A stretch of DNA of 64,000 bases from Psammoneis japonica. Taxonomy: Eukaryota. Every line of letters starts with the position of its first letter. The stretch's first letter is position 1. The translations under genes were made by a program, and so were the position numbers. A model generated the notes under the pieces. It made no database searches. It was not told the origin of the DNA and saw nothing but the letters and a program-made list of their open reading frames with translations. The DNA is taken from the NCBI GenBank assembly GCA_008632985.1, contig QPGO01000040.1, forward strand, positions 67,719 to 131,718. The letters run 5' to 3'. Positions 38,001 to 51,100 of the stretch are shown piece after piece.

Positions 38001-39241
38001 ATGCATTTGACATGGCTGCATTTACTCACGGTGGTGTGTCCATTGCGAACAAAGCACACCAACGGAAATTCACAATCGCTGTCGCTATCGCAGTCCCCTT
38101 CGCACAAGCCAAGAATTGAATTGGCTGGGTTGGCTACATTAATCAACTCATTCACTTGGTCGCCTTGAGCTGAAGTTGGATGAGGAGTGGGGTTGGAAGA
38201 AGGTGAAGGAGTTGGTGATGGCGTAGCGTCTTCATCCGGACTTATGCAGTAGTCCCAATCGATGATACCATTGGCACTCCCACAGCCAGGCACCTGTTTG
38301 GATTCATAATTACAAATAATACCGGTTAGAGATAGCAGCATCATGCATTTGAAATGGCTACATTTACTCACGGTGGTGTGTCCATTGCGAACAAAGCACA
38401 CCAGTGGACCTGCACAGTCGCTGTCACTGTCGCAGTCCCCTTCGCACAAGCCTAGAATAGAATTGGCGGGGTTGGCTACATTAATCAACTCATTCACTTG
38501 GTCGCCTCGAGCTGACGTTGGAGAAGGAGTGGGGTTGGTAGTAGGAATACGGGTCGGGTTTTGCGTTGGGTTCGGCGTCGACAAAGGGGTGGGATTCGGA
38601 GTCGCTGGAATGTCATCACCCCAAACACCAAACTCTTGCAAAGAGAATCCGTTCTGAGTGTTGGGAGTTATTCCATACATTCGAATATACTTTCCTTGCA
38701 CATCTGATGGGAGATCAATAATTTCCGTGCCGCCTTGACCATTGCTCTCTGAAAACACAGTTTGCCATTGGTTCTTGTCGTCAGACACGTCGATGGTGTA
38801 TTCTTTGGCGGATGCAGAATCCCAAACAAGTGCAACTTTGGTAAGCTTGTACGCCTTGGCAAATTCCAGATAAATATACTCGTCGTCGCTGTGTTCGCTT
38901 GCCCACCGAGTGCTAAAGTCGTGATCAAATGCCTTTTTAGGTGCGTATTGTTCATCTGCGTGATAGACGGAAGACGTTCCTGTATGAATAAGCTGCAACG
39001 TTGTTGACAGTCTCCTTCGAAGTGAAAGTAGATCCTCTTCGATAATACGGTCAGTCGGTATTTCTTCGACAGGTCCTTCGATCTTTACTTCTTTTTCTTC
39101 GTGAAGAACATGCTCAACGAGATTTTCGTCCATTCTTATTAGGTTCTTGAACGGCGAGTTGAGTCGATGTTGTCGTCTTGCAACAGTCCCGGTGGCGCTT
39201 AGCGCAGCCAACAGAACTGCTGCGTTCCTGTGGAACCTCAT
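32008..39241 (-). CDS. Very large multi-exon frustulin-like cell-wall protein: signal peptide, F5/8C (discoidin/CBM32-like) domain, ~17 acidic Cys-rich (CxGDCD) domains, Pro/Thr/Ser linkers, C-terminal Trp-rich domain
   Basis: MRFHRNAAVLLAALSATG; KAFDHDFSTRWASE..YIYLEF..GKYIRMYG..SLQEFGVWG; repeated C[EQ]GDCD.D.DC...C..R.G...VPGC..DYC; PETSSPT repeats; LKLYWEQGYGWQD..WC. GT-AG introns fall at matching positions within the repeats. Confidence 0.85.
34250..35950. repeat. Intragenic tandem repeat, 621-bp period, about 3 copies including an intron
   Basis: Near-identical ORF starts at 34590, 35211 and 35832 (spacing 621), with near-identical intron sequences. Confidence 0.95.
36530..38540. repeat. 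Intragenic tandem repeat, 342-bp period, 6 copies, each an ACR exon plus a ~78-nt intron
   Basis: cggtggtgtgtccattgcgaacaaagc occurs at 36661, 37003, 37345, 37687, 38029 and 38371. Confidence 0.95.
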
Positions 39242-42200
39242 CGTTCGACGTCGCTGTGGCATGGATTTTATGAGAAACCAAAAATACCGCTGTCGGTGTT
39301 TGACTGTTGGATTTGTTTCGATTCCCGTCCAAAAAGTGAGGCATCCGTTGGGGGTCGTCAATCAGTGTATAAAGATATATTAGAGTTCGAATAAAGATAT
39401 TCAAATTTGAAATCATTTGTGTTCGCCAACGTACCTATTATTTGATGAATTATTAAACATATTCAGACATGATTATTTCATAAATAAATAATTAACGATC
39501 CGTACCAGATTGGATAAAAATGAGTACATTCTTGAAGATAAAATAAAAACGTCCAAAAATGAGGTGAGAAGCCATGGTCAGATGGTGCCCGTCGTCAGCA
39601 GCCAGGACGCAAAGCTTCTGTATCAAAAGTACTTACCTTTTGGATAAACGTAGCAACTTACACAGCATGATAAAGCGTTTGCAACATGAACAATCGAGGC
39701 GCACATGCATTCCTCGTTTTCTTCTGCGTGTTTGGTGCAAAGTAAATCGGAAAAGGTGATTGATGAAACAGGGACGGACGGTTGACTTAGCTGATCAAAA
39801 AGTGTCGGCAAGATGTTTGCCTTCAACGGTGACACTTATTCTGCTCATTCTCGCAACTGAAAGCGGCATCGAGACATGATGGGATGGCAAGCACTTCACC
39901 AACCACACCCCTGCACTTCGATTAGGTTTGTCCGGACTTATTTTCAGAATCTTCTATGCGACTCCGTCGACCTTTTCATCCTGACTGCCTACTTTGAACT
40001 TGTCTCGCGTTGATCAGGGTTCCGTTGTGCCTTCTTTTCGACTCAAGGGTAAGTTCAAACAGCTATACTGCATTCTAGATCTTTCCGGTAGAATACATCA
40101 GTAAAGTAGAGCATCTCACTTGCAGGCGAAGTCTCGGGTCGTAGTTCTTGCATCACCACTCATCGCAAGAAAAGATAAAGTAGTCGAAACGTAATTTTTT
40201 TCCCAGGTCAGCTCGTCTTTCAAACTGAGGAGCTCGTTTCTGATTGTTTTCTCTGTGGCTGCCTCGTGACCTCCAGCGAACAGAGAGATCTTTCGGGAAC
40301 CGCGTAGCAAGGCTTCTTCGCGCCATCGAAGCTGAATCATTCAAAGCACGTGAAGCTACAAAGTGACCTCACTTGAGACAAGTGCAATGAGCTTATCTTG
40401 TCCCAGACGCAAGCTCTATTCTGCAATGCGTGGGTTCATCACCGACTTTACTCAAAGCGAGCACATGACACATGCAGCTTGCACACACGTCTGTGCGGAA
40501 ATCGACGGGTGGCAATAGAGCACAGCAAGAAGATGAGACTGAAGATAGCGATCAAGCTTCATCTCGAATAGCACCAACAGCAAACAACTTAACAGTCTTC
40601 CAAGATGAATGCCTTTTCAAAAGATGCATTATATTTCCGAGAACAGAACCACCTCCACGAGTTCACGAAAACGAGTTTAGGTCATACGTCGATCTTTCGG
40701 TCGTTGGATAGCTGCTGAACAACTCCCGACATCGAGCTCCCCTTTCTGGCATCGTATTGACACAACTGCGGCCAGCTGAAAGCAGCATTGAAGCCAAGTC
40801 AATAGAAATGAAAACAAGCACATCACGGTGATTATCAGTCACGACAGGTACTCATTGCAAAGAGATTAGCAACCGTTCATTCTTGACAACCGCTAGTGAA
40901 AAGAGTCAACATCCGTGATGGATCCTAGAGAACCGTCGTAGCAGTGATGGAAGATTCAGGACATGCCGCATGTCGTCGTAAGGTCCAAGTGAGGTTTGAG
41001 TAAACCAAGAGTACGAGTGAAAAAATCTCGTCCGTTCCCATGCGGAGCTTGTGCCATTTGAAATCTAGTCATACCCAAGCAGTTAATCAGCATCGTGAGG
41101 AGATTTTCATGTACGTGGCGGAGATAGTTCAATCCTTTTTTAGCACTGATCAGCTCGGCCTCGCCGCGACCAACAACGTAGATCGTAGGAAACGATAGCC
41201 ATAGCTCCGTCTAGAATTAGCCTAGAAGTTCTCCACTGCAGCCATAGGCAACCATCGTCACCTTCAGCACTATCACCTCGTGCTTGGTTCCTCGACGTGA
41301 CTTTACGCAACCCTGTATGGATTAGACACGAGCTAAAATAATGGTTGGGTGGCGACACAAGGAATATATTCCCCTCGTTCAGAACTCGAGCCGCCTTGAA
41401 TCTCTCATCTAGTCGCAATGCTCCAACCGCAACTGCTTACCTGTCTGAGTAAATGATCAAGTTCAATAGAAGCTTTGTAGCTCTCGTTCCCAATAGTGAA
41501 ATTCGATGGGGACCCTGTCGTGATGCCATACTCAAGCTTGAATTCACGTTCGCCATCACGGTGCAGGTGTACTCAACAAGTTCTACGTGACCGTTGTTGC
41601 ATGCCGATAGGATCCTCCTTGCAGGCTTCGATGGAGAAGCTGCAGAATACAATATTGTGGTCAAGTACCGCAAGCTAATATCATGAATGAGAAAGGCAGT
41701 CAAAATGAGTAGGTATGGGAAACAGTGAACCTTCATTCCAAAAGTGTGCATTGCAACACGGGGGTGATGATGATATCTTGTCAGCAGTGGCCAAGGTAAT
41801 GCAGAAAGATTTCAGTCCCGAATGACCGGGTGCAACTAGAAACAGTCCAAGCATGAAGCGGTGGGTGCTTTAAAGGAAACGTTGACGGCGACCCATTAAC
41901 GATTCCAGAGGAACACCGGAGAAATTGCAAAGACGACCAAAGGCCGGCCGACGCCATCAGCAATGGTCGTCGTCGTACATGCCAGATCCGAACCGCAGAA
42001 ACCACCTCCTCACCAACAATACCGATTTCCCATCCACTTTAAGCCACACTTACACTGTATTCTTTTATCCAGCCTACAAATGTGGGCCTCCTCGCTCAGG
42101 TATAGAGAGATTCATTGTGTAGAGCTGCTGAACAAGTAGACGAACCATTTTGTTCGCAAGTATGCATGAGGGTGCTCTTGGACACGCACTCGTTGACTTG

Positions 42201-44051
42201 AAAAGGAAGTTGTTATATGGGATAAAATTCCGCCTTGTAGCCAAGAGTCTCGGAGGGAATCACCGCTACAAACTTGCTTGTTTGCCTCACAAAAAGAAAA
42301 TACGGATGCTCCGACAGAACATTCCCTGTTCCGTTCTTTTGTCTCTGCATTGTAGAGCCGGGAAGAATTCCAAGTCATAACGAAATGTCTTGATAGCCCC
42401 TGCAAAAGATCAAGAGCTGCAATAGTAGCATGTTGAGAGCTCTTGCACCGAGAGAATCACTGAATCAAACAACCGACCAGATGCAGTCGGTTCTCCAGTC
42501 TTGATCATTCACCGCACGCTTCTCCGCTGCATGTTACCTCTCAAAGAGACGAAAAGCATCCTTGAGTTATTCTTTTCCTCTCGAGTTTGGGTATCAATGA
42601 GAAGTGCCATCAATCTAATCCAAAACAAGAAAGCATCAAGGCAACCTCGATACGATTCGAGGTTCGAGGATGAACAGGAGAAGCGCCCGCCAACGTAGTT
42701 CGCAAAGGCGGGTAGCGCTTGATCCACAGAGGCGATGAGTTGTCGACAAAACTCTTCTTCTTGCTAAAAACACTATCAAGAGAGCTCCCGTATTGCTTTG
42801 CCGATGTGCTTCACCGTCAAAGTCGTGCGCACAGACTGATTCGTCGATTTCTGCTGAGAAACAGGACAACCGCAGACACGTTCATCAATTCTTGAGTCTG
42901 TCGTAAAGGTCGTCATCAAAATCAAGAATCAACCACCATCGTTATCCCATATGTACTATCCTGCGGCAGATATCCATACTCTCCAGCTTCTTCCCTGTCG
43001 TGTCTGCTTCTTTCTAAACCGACCTTGTCTGTGAAGATACAGTGTCAGCAACGAGCAATACGCGCTACACGATCTTTTTCGTGGCAATTCGTAACGTGAA
43101 CGAGAATATCGTTCGGTAGTTCTGTCCGAATGAAACTTGTCTTGGATACCATGTCGCTACTAACCGGTTCCTCCACTTGTTGCGCCCGCAGAAAATTGCC
43201 TCGTTGCCTCGCGTCATGGTCAGGATTTTTTTTTCTGAACGTCGTCGGAGGGAAGCCGCGTAGAAGCAATACCAGGTTCTACGGTGACAAAAGATTTCTG
43301 TAAAGCGCAAGCGCCTACACCACATGAAATTCTGTAGCAGATAACGACAGCGTTTTTCTGGGCGCCATGGTGGCTCTTGGTGCAGGCATACGGCTACACA
43401 ATGTAATGACAAGTCAATGAAAATAGGCCAAGTGTGTTTGTTGGATACCCAGGTATGTTTGTGGAAAAGGATACAATCAGAAAAGCTTCGACACACTCTC
43501 TGCTTGTCGAGTTCGCGTTTCGCTGCACGTTTGGCTGATCTGGGACGGAAAGGTGATGGCGGACTGTATAATGTCTATTGTTTAGTTATGATTCGCTCGT
43601 GTTGACGTAATATGAGCAGAGAGCTTGTACTACGTCTTTCAGCGCAGACGAGGAAGACGACGACAGCTGCCTGCAGCACTTTCGACTTTTGTGATCAAGA
43701 TCGATATTTCTGAAACAATTTTCTTTAGGAGAGCGCAACGATTGAGCGCTGTTGAATAGGCGACCTTTTGAAAGGGAAAGTTCATGTGATCTTTGTGTAT
43801 CCTTTCAAAAAGTTGATTCTGGACTCCTGGATCCTGCGGTTTAGTACAGTAGGTGAGAAAGTAGAGGTTAGAACACAATGCCGCGGACCGAGAGAGGAAT
43901 CATCCTTGATTGTCGTACTACTATTGCTCTACTCATAGAAAGTCATTCAGGTTCATGCAGTCGTAAAGCGAAAAGCAGCCAGCAGCACGTGTGGCCGCCG
44001 CTTGACCGTGCAAATTCAACCTTTTTGTTAGGAGGGAAGGATTTTGATTTC

Positions 44052-45104
44052 TCATTCATCTCCTAGTTTCATGACCTGTTCTGTTAAGTTCGTTAAGTTG
44101 TCAACTAAAGGTTTGAGGCTTGTCGACAAATCTGTGCTTGGCTCCAATTCTTTATTCAACTGTATGAGCACTGCCCAAATGGCAATCAAAAGCAAAGGCA
44201 GGCCACGGTAGATATCACAACGCCAGTGATGACAAGGGCAGTGCTTGCACGTGTCACATTTTCTCCACATGCGGCACCACGGGCAAGGAAGGAAAGGGAT
44301 CATACTCCAGTACAAACACACCACGGGGTACCAGTCGTCTTCAAAGCACATGTTCGGAAGTCGTTTTCTCGTTTCCTCGTATACATTTCTTCCTGTTGCT
44401 TCCCTGCAATAGGCGATGTAGTCGTCGTAGTTGTCGTATTCGTCATACTTTTTTCTCTGCTGCCCAAGACTCAACTGAGCTGCATTGATTGGGGGGATCG
44501 TCAAGACAACAGCTACAATCCCACAGATTGCGACTACTTTGCGGATCCTTTTGCCGTCTTCGTAGTTGGTATTTCCCATGGTGGCCGTGAGAAAACCAAG
44601 CATGAGAAAGGTCTGAGAGAGGATCAACCATGATATCCGGTGGTTCAAGAGATTGTCTTCGTGGCTAGTGGCTTGGGCAAAAAGCTTAAATCTTTCGATT
44701 TGTGTCAACTTTCCATTCTCGAGCTCCTTGTACTTGTCACTTTTCAGATCTTCTGGTGGATCGTTGCTGCTGTGATGTTCTTCGGCCGTGCGACTTTCCG
44801 GAGCGGCCTCGCGTTCCGGAATCGGCTTGAATATCCATTCAATGACACGTGTTCCGAATCTCCGTGCAATGACGCATATTACGACCATACATGCAATGAC
44901 GCATGTTCCGAATATCCGTGCGTTTTCTCGGCATGTGCCATTTTCCGAATCTTCATTTTTTGAACTCTGACTTTGTTCGGCCCTGTCAAGTTCCGAATCT
45001 TCGACGACCTCGTGTGATTCAGACTGTTCTACTCCTGACATGCCACTTTCCAGATCTTCATTTTTTGATTCTTCCTCCTTGCTACTTTGATTTCCTTTGG
45101 ACAT
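44052..45104 (-). CDS. Hypothetical multi-pass membrane protein (350 aa)
   Basis: Intact ORF with an acidic N-terminus, about 4 hydrophobic segments, the motif HEDNLLNHRISWLILSQTFL and a Cys/His/Trp-rich loop. Confidence 0.7.
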   Translation of the reverse strand: MSKGNQSSKEEESKNEDLESGMSGVEQSESHEVVEDSELDRAEQSQSSKNEDSENGTCRENARIFGTCVIACMVVICVIARRFGTRVIEWIFKPIPEREAAPESRTAEEHHSSNDPPEDLKSDKYKELENGKLTQIERFKLFAQATSHEDNLLNHRISWLILSQTFLMLGFLTATMGNTNYEDGKRIRKVVAICGIVAVVLTIPPINAAQLSLGQQRKKYDEYDNYDDYIAYCREATGRNVYEETRKRLPNMCFEDDWYPVVCLYWSMIPFLPCPWCRMWRKCDTCKHCPCHHWRCDIYRGLPLLLIAIWAVLIQLNKELEPSTDLSTSLKPLVDNLTNLTEQVMKLGDE

Positions 45105-45109
45105 GGTGA

Positions 45110-48100
45110 TGAGATGGAATCAATCAATCGAAGATGGAAGTTCGTCACGGTTTTGTTTCCAGTTTTTCGGCTTCCTGTCTTGCTTTTTGGCGTCGCAGAA
45201 GACGTTGCGCATGTCTCTGTCTGTTGATCGTTTGTCAGATTGATTGAGGTTCACAAAATTGTTTTGGGTGACCTCATTCCAAAGACAGATGCCAGGTTCC
45301 ACCGAAACTCCGCTCTGCTCAAGGCTCTGCTGCAGCAACAGATTAAGCATTCTTGCAGGCTGGTTCAATCTTCAGTGTGAACTCACATCATCACTCAGCC
45401 ATTCTTTGGATTCCCAGTCGTGTCTCACCCAAAACTGCTTTCACGAGAGCAGCCCTGGCACTGGGCTGCTGGAGAGAAGCCAGCTCAAAAAGGGCTGCTT
45501 CCCAGGGCCTCCCTCTCAACAAGGAGGAGCCATTGTGGACAATTGGTGTCAGGTGGAAGAAAACACCGCTGCGGACATCTTTCCATTTTTTGGTGGGTGT
45601 GCTGAGGCAGCAACAACTCCTCTCCCAGTGTGATGCACCGCAGCTTGGAGCCAGCACACTCCAACACCAACCCCTTCTTTCAAAGCAGTGGGGCACATTG
45701 CTTGGAGAAAAAGAGCAGCTGCCAAAAAGTCTTTTTCAGTCTGCCACAACCAAGCCAAGTGGCCTGGGTGGGTGCTTGACCAGCAGAGCAGAGTGGAAGC
45801 TTTGTGCGCTGGCACATCTGCAGCACTTCCCAAAAGAAAAGTGGGCCAAACAAAGAGCAGCAAATGGGCAACTCAGTGCTGCTTGTCATGTTGTGCCAAT
45901 GCTCAAACACAACATTTTTCACCATGCAGCCACCCTGCCTCCTCTGTTGTCACTGGCAGCTGCACTGGCATGTGGTGGTCTCCTCACTCAAAGAAAGAGA
46001 CTTTCAGCTTGTTCTGGACAAACAGAGAGAGGTGCTGGGTTGTGAGCCATCACTGCATCAACAGCACACTGATGGACATTCATGAGTGTGCATTTTTAAC
46101 AAGGCAGCAACAAAGAAAAAAAGCATGACCTGTGCTCTGTGGCCTTGTGTGGAGCTGCCAGCACCAACTTTTCCAAGACTCGCCAAACTGCACGCAGCAC
46201 TTCTCCACCAGAGCACTCCATTTTCATTTGGTCTCCCCAAAGGGTTGTTTGCAAAGCAACAATCCAAACAACCTTTGAGTCTTTCAGAGCAGCAAAGACA
46301 TGGTGATGAAAAGCTTCAAACAAACTCTCTTGACTTGCAAGCCAGATTGAAGCCACAGAGCTGCAGCCAGCCAGCTCTTGCCTTGATTGCCCCTGCTCAC
46401 TGCTCATTTCTTTGGTGTGTTTGTGTGAGACAGCAAACCTTGACATGTGCCTCTGCTCCTCTTGACTTCAAACAGCAAAAAGATGCTGCACAGCCCAAAT
46501 TTGTTGCTTCAAAAAAGAAAAAAATGTCACATCATCAGCTGCTGCCTGACGCTGTGTCCAAAGCAGCTTGCGAAGCAGCACTCAAGCCAAAAGAGATGTG
46601 CTTGTTGCAACAAAGCTCTTTTTCTCTCACTTTTTTGCTGCCATGCCCCATGGAGGGCCCGCACCACAGCAAAAAAAAAACAGGCTGAAAACTCAATTTC
46701 TTCTGGAAACAATGAAGACAACCTGATGAGCTTGGGCAGCTTTTTGTTTTTGTGGCAATGGCGCTCTGTGGTGCAAAAGCTGGAAATCAAGCATCATTGT
46801 GCTGACATTGCAGCAGCTGAGACATTTCTTGCCACACATGGCTCCTCAATCTCTTGTGCCTGTTCCCCACCATGTCTGGGTGTTTTCCTGGGCTCAATGT
46901 TTGATCTTCTTCCACCACAGATGTGAAGGAGGATTGATGTGGAAGATGTGTCTTTCCAGCAATGTTCACAATGTGCGCCAACATGAATTTTTTTTGCAGA
47001 CCTGCAAGAGGCAGCACAAAGTCCCTTGTGTGCTGTGCAACTTCAAGCCAGCTTTTCTGCTTGCTGCAGCCAGCATCAGCAAAAAATTGGGCTCATGTTG
47101 CCATTGTTTGTGCACAGCAGAGGGATTTGGGCAGTGTTGAGTTGTCTTGAGCTGGTCCAATTTGTTGGTCAATTTTGGCACGTTTCTCCAGATTTCACTG
47201 CTTCCAATTTCTTCTTGTTGTTGGGCTGGTGGGCCTGCCCACTTTTTGTGGAAGTGCTTTCAGGCTCTTTTGACTGGAGAGTTGATTGGGCTGTTCTGGG
47301 CATCCCCCTGGCAGATTGCAAATTGCTGTTTGAGGTTAGAAAAGCAAGTGATTGTGCTGAGCTTTGAGAGAGCTGGCACATTTGGCACTTCTTGTCATGG
47401 GTGCTGTGGGTGTTTGATTGCTCAAAGATTTTGAATCCTGCCCTTGCAGGCTCTCAGCTCTCCTGGTGGCATGGGGTGAGGAACTTGAAGCTGGGGCTGT
47501 CAGTGCAGTGGTCTGTCTGATGACTCAACTCTGTGCTTCTGTCAGCCACAGATCCTTGATTCCATTTTTCATCCATTGATTCCATTTTTCATCCATTTTT
47601 AAGAGCAACATTGTTTTTGTTGTTTTCTGTGATGTTGCCTGCTGCAATGCACATGGGAGTGTGTGTGTGCAATCCTGCAAAGGACAGAGAGAACTCACAC
47701 AACTGGTTGTTGCACTTGCAGCATCAAGCAGCAATGACAGCTGTGATTGCCAGCACAACCTCCTGTCTGCAGCACAGTGCTTCTCACTGGGCTGCAAACT
47801 TTCAGCACTTCAGTGGTGCATGCCACATGTTGCACTTCATCATGATCCTCTGCACCCTCCTCCCTGCAAAAGTTGACATGTCTGCACTCTGCAGCACTTG
47901 GGGGCAGTTTTGCAGGTGGTGGCTTCATGTCCCAGGCAGGAGGTGTTTGAGCCTCCATGCTTTGTGGCATCATTGGCACCATGACAGCCCTGATGTTGGA
48001 GATGAGTCAAATGGCTGTGTGAACAGCTGCTGCATTGCTTGCTTTCAGAAGTCCAGAAGATCCAAAGATTTGCTCTGCACACAGGCTCTGACACACCAAC

Positions 48101-51100
48101 CATGCAGGTGATGCCACACACATGTGTGCACACTGTGATGATGCACAGTGCACACAAATCATCACTCTCATGTTTTGCCAGAAAATCATCATGGTTTCTG
48201 CTGGACCACAAGCACCACTCCGAATGATTTGTCCAAAGTGGTTGGCAAAGCAGCGTCTGATCAAAAAAGGAATGCAGGAAATGTGATTGCAACAAAACTC
48301 CCCCTTTCTCTCTTTTTCCTGCCAATCCATTTTCATGGCAGAGGGTCAACCCCACATGGCACCTCATTGCACCTCTCCATCAATGTCAAAACCAGGCTGG
48401 CTGACTCTTTGATTTCTTCCAGATGAAACAAAAGCTGGAGACATGCCAGATGAACTTTCTGATTTGTGGCAAAGATGCCCCCCATTGAGAAAAGGGAAAT
48501 CAAGCAGCACAGCAGCATCATGGCACGGCAGAAATCAGACACCCCTTGTCACAACTCTGCACTCTCCTTCTTTTTGTTCCCTGACATGCACTGAGACATT
48601 TTTCTAAACTCAACTTGTTTGATCTTCCAGCCACAATCATGGACAAAGGAGGAAAGATGTGTGTTTTTCCAGAAACTCACAATGCCATCATGGTTTGTGT
48701 CATGGCACAGAGGAGGGGCTCTTGTCCTTTCCACTTTGGGGAAAAGTTGCACAAGGGGAGCAATGTCAACTTCCACATCAAAAACAAATTTCTGTTGAAC
48801 ACACATGCTCAGAATTGTTGTGGGTTGTGTGTCAGCCAGATCAAGACAGCTGGCGTGTGTTTGTTGATGACCGTGGCACCCAACTTCTGACAGAGGAGGG
48901 AGGAGTGGGGAGACAATGTGATGATGTGCTCATTGCACTGTGCTCACAGTGTTGTTCCAAAACTCCCCAGATCAAAAACCCAGACAAAACACACAAAAAA
49001 AGGGTGCAAGCCACCCTGCTCAGGATTGTGCGCCAAGAGTTTTTGGCCCACCTGCTGCACACTTTTGCAAACATGCTTGCACGTGCCACTTCACCTGATC
49101 AACATCCATCAAGCTGCTGACAGTGTCCATCTTGACAATTTTGTTGCAGCAGCAGCTGCCTTGCTCACTGCTGCCTCCTCTTTCAGCAAAGCTCCTGCAC
49201 CTCATTCTCTCATGCATGCCCCCTGTGGAGAGGGCACTTGCTTAAAAAATGCAAAGAAATTGTGCTGCAGGAGCAGCACAAAGCAGAAGACAAAGCCTGT
49301 TTGGGATTGACCTCTCATGTGGCCCTTGATCTGCACCTGCTCATCCAGGTTGCCCACAGCAGCGCCAACTGGTGACATGAGTTTGCCCACTTTGCCCAAT
49401 CTGTTGTCATCCGTGACATCTCAGAGCATGATTTTTGCTCATGGAGTGTTGCCAAAGAGTGTCTGGAAAGCACACAGCAGCAAAGCCTGGTCATGCAGGA
49501 CAATGGCTGGTCATTTTGATGGAAATTGATGCCGCAGTGCTCTGTCTCAACACTCAAAATCTAGGGAGGTTCTTTGCTGGGCAATTTCCAACAACCTCTC
49601 CTGGTTTTTCAACCTGTGTCTTCTTGCCTGCCATGGCTCCCTTCTTTCTCAAATCTTTTTCAGCCACAGGTCACTGATTCTTGGGACAGGCATCTTGTTC
49701 CTCTTAGAACCTCTCCACTGCACTTGACATTTGACAGGGGGGTCAATGGCTTTTGCCTTTGCATCTTGTCAAAACTCTTTGAGTGACAAGAGACCAGGGT
49801 CCACAGTGGCTTTTTCATCTGCCTGTGTGTCTTTGCGCTTTTACCCCCACACAGCGTGAAATTCTCAATCCATGGCGGTCGGAGTTGCAAAAATGTGCTG
49901 CATCAACAATGACCCACTCACTGTTGTTGCCGTTTGTGTCTTTGTGCCTTGGCAGAAATTGGGCAGTGCTTGATGAGAGCTGTGGTTGGTTTTTCTTCTC
50001 AGGGAGCTCTTGGTGGAGAAGCTCTTGCAGCTCCTTTTGGTTCTCTCTTGGGATTTGGAGGCATGGCATGGCCAGAGGATTTCTTTTGCTGCTGCTCTTG
50101 CCATGATGTCTGCCTCTGTCTCTTGCATTCTTGTTTTTCTTGCAGCCTGACAAAATTGGGCCAAGTGGCCTGGATGGTTGCTTGAGCCAAGTGGAGGACA
50201 CTTGCTGATGTGTCTGTGTGTTTCACCCAAAAGCAGATCAAATGAAGAACTGCACCTTGGCTGCTGGGCACAGCCAGTCATGTTTTGTCAGACCTCAAAC
50301 ATGGCAACCACATTTTCATCATGCAGACTTCCCACATCCTTTGTCATCACTCTACAACCATGCCAACCTGTGGTTCTTCAAAAAAGAGACTCAGTTTGTG
50401 CTGGGCAAATTGAGATGGGGTGTGAACCACCGCTGCTTTGACAATGTGCAAGTGGGTGTCAATGGATGCTTGCTTTTGACACAAGGCAACAACAACAACA
50501 ACAACGGTGACAACAACAACAAAAACAACAGAAAAGCTTGTTCTCTGTTGTGTGGCGTTGTGTGGCACTGCCAGCGCCAACTCTTTTGACTTGCAAAAAA
50601 CCACATTTCACACAGTGCTTTGCACCAGAACATTCTGTTTTTGCTTGGTCTCCTTGTGGGGCCAAGTGCAAAGCAACAATCTCAACAGCCTTTGCAAGCC
50701 CTTTGGAGCCAAAAAGATGCACAATGCTGAAAAGTTTCAAACAAACTGTTGTGGCATGCTGCAGATTGAAGCCACAGACTCTTGTCTTGGTTGTCTGCTC
50801 TCCATCAATTTTTCTTTGGTGTGCATTTCATGCTTTTGAGTGAGACAGCAAATCTTGGCATGGCCACTGTGCTTCTGCTCCTCTTGATTTCAGGTGGCAT
50901 TGCAATGCTGTGCAATCCAAGTGTTGCTTCAAAGTCAAAACAGCACATTGGCTGTTGTCCCACAATGCATCCAAAGCAGCTCCTCTCATTTTCTTCTTTT
51001 GCAGCCTGACCCATGGAGAGGGTCTCCACCACATTGCTTCAGGTCACATCTCCCCATCAAAAACAAGGCCAGAGGTCAGACTGAACACTCAATTTCCTCT

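Noticed and set aside
36599..39361. 920-aa ORF taken as a complete single-exon protein
   Set aside because: It reads through five in-frame introns, stops inside a sixth, and the gene continues to 32008. The likely start is 39241.
39900..43900. Possible decayed gene (leucine-rich-repeat-like) on the minus strand
   Set aside because: Only short, stop-riddled fragments with no motif I can support. It would need a TBLASTN/BLASTX search.
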